A program made the translations under genes and the position numbers. Of a stretch of 64,000 nucleotides of DNA, positions 63,415 to 64,000 are shown one piece after another. The notes beneath the pieces were generated by a model. That model saw nothing but the letters and a program-made list of their open reading frames with translations. It ran no database searches and was not told the DNA's origin. Every line of letters starts with the position of its first letter. Position 1 is the first letter of the stretch. Source of the DNA: Vampirovibrionales bacterium (GTDB lineage Bacteria; Cyanobacteriota; Vampirovibrionia; Vampirovibrionales; JAJTHC01); the NCBI GenBank assembly GCA_046080605.1, contig JBJTUH010000088.1, positions 10,028 through 74,027 on the forward strand, written 5' to 3'.

Positions 63415-64000
63415 TGGTCATTCATCTTTCATTATTTTTAGCAGTATCTTTGGCAAGCGTTAGGTTGCATGATTAGGTATTTCATACGCCTTGAAGGTTA
63501 AGCTACTCTACCTAATGTGTGAAATAGGGTCATTCAGCGAGAAAACACTTGGGTGGTTAAAACACGCAATCGGGGGCGGGAGAGAGGGGGCATCCTGGAA
63601 ACGGGAAGGTACAAATCCTTTAAGTTGAGGCAAAACGTGCAACACGTATTCATAGGGGGAAAAGAGGCAGGCTTTTCACTGATGCTTGCAAGGGGCTTTT
63701 TAGGTGGGAAACCACACCGTATTCAAGGCGATGACAAGACCATCAAGACGACAAAGGTATGTCTTGAAACAGAGGGAAACCCTCAGTGGCTTCAGGGGCG
63801 GGAAGCTTTCGTCTATGAGCTTGAGGGGGTACCCTGAAGCATACCTCCCCTATAGTATCGCATAGAGACGCAGTTTCGTATAGAGAAGCTCGTGTAAGTT
63901 TCACAATCTTCCTCTGGATGTGTGACCCTCACTTGTGTGATGAACCTATCACTTTCCTAAACTAAGCATGAGTTACCATGGTGAAGCTTTGGAATACTCG

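Noticed and set aside
63415-64000. Track ORF 63553..63837 (+) upstream of infB
   Set aside because: Gly/Arg-rich low-complexity translation on the strand opposite infB, with no start context. More likely part of the infB leader or promoter region.

Overview
This is a 64 kb stretch of bacterial chromosome at roughly 48-50% GC, densely coding, with genes on both strands. I found no rRNA, CRISPR array, transposase or integrase. Clear calls are two tRNAs (tRNA-His GUG on +, tRNA-Phe GAA on -) and housekeeping genes: fliD, dapB, ybaB, ligA, ssb, rpsF, rpsR, smpB, tilS, folK, leuD, rbfA and infB. There is a notable set of peptidoglycan genes: murI, ddl, dapB, dapL, murT, a SpoIID-domain protein, an M14 MpaA-like peptidase and a class-A beta-lactamase-fold serine hydrolase. 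Signalling genes are a CHASE2-GGDEF protein and a NarL-type response regulator. The window also encodes a Pat-type protein acetyltransferase, two paralogous matrixin-like zinc metalloproteases, a retropepsin-like protease and several secreted or membrane hypothetical proteins. Several genes look like Cyanobacteria-lineage signatures: an LdpA-like 2x[4Fe-4S] protein, an IctB/O-antigen-ligase-like protein, a DUF4330-like protein, a BFN bifunctional nuclease and LL-DAP aminotransferase. Combined with a flagellar fliD, this suggests a non-photosynthetic, flagellated relative of Cyanobacteria (Melainabacteria/Vampirovibrionia-like). That is an inference from gene content only. Most worth a second look: (1) a dapL-murT-serine hydrolase-unknown gene string in which MurT has no GatD partner, a possible novel peptidoglycan-amidation module; (2) an orphan T7-like portal (head-to-tail connector) homolog at 10.8-12.8 kb, divergent from a strongly AT-rich pentapeptide-repeat membrane protein that carries 42-nt intragenic tandem repeats; (3) an adjacent pair of architecturally similar membrane-anchored proteins of unknown function at 51.0-53.8 kb; (4) a 950-bp AT-rich noncoding gap with a GC-rich structured island and a minus-oriented terminator, a candidate sRNA locus. 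All product calls rest on motif recognition from the translations; no database searches were run.
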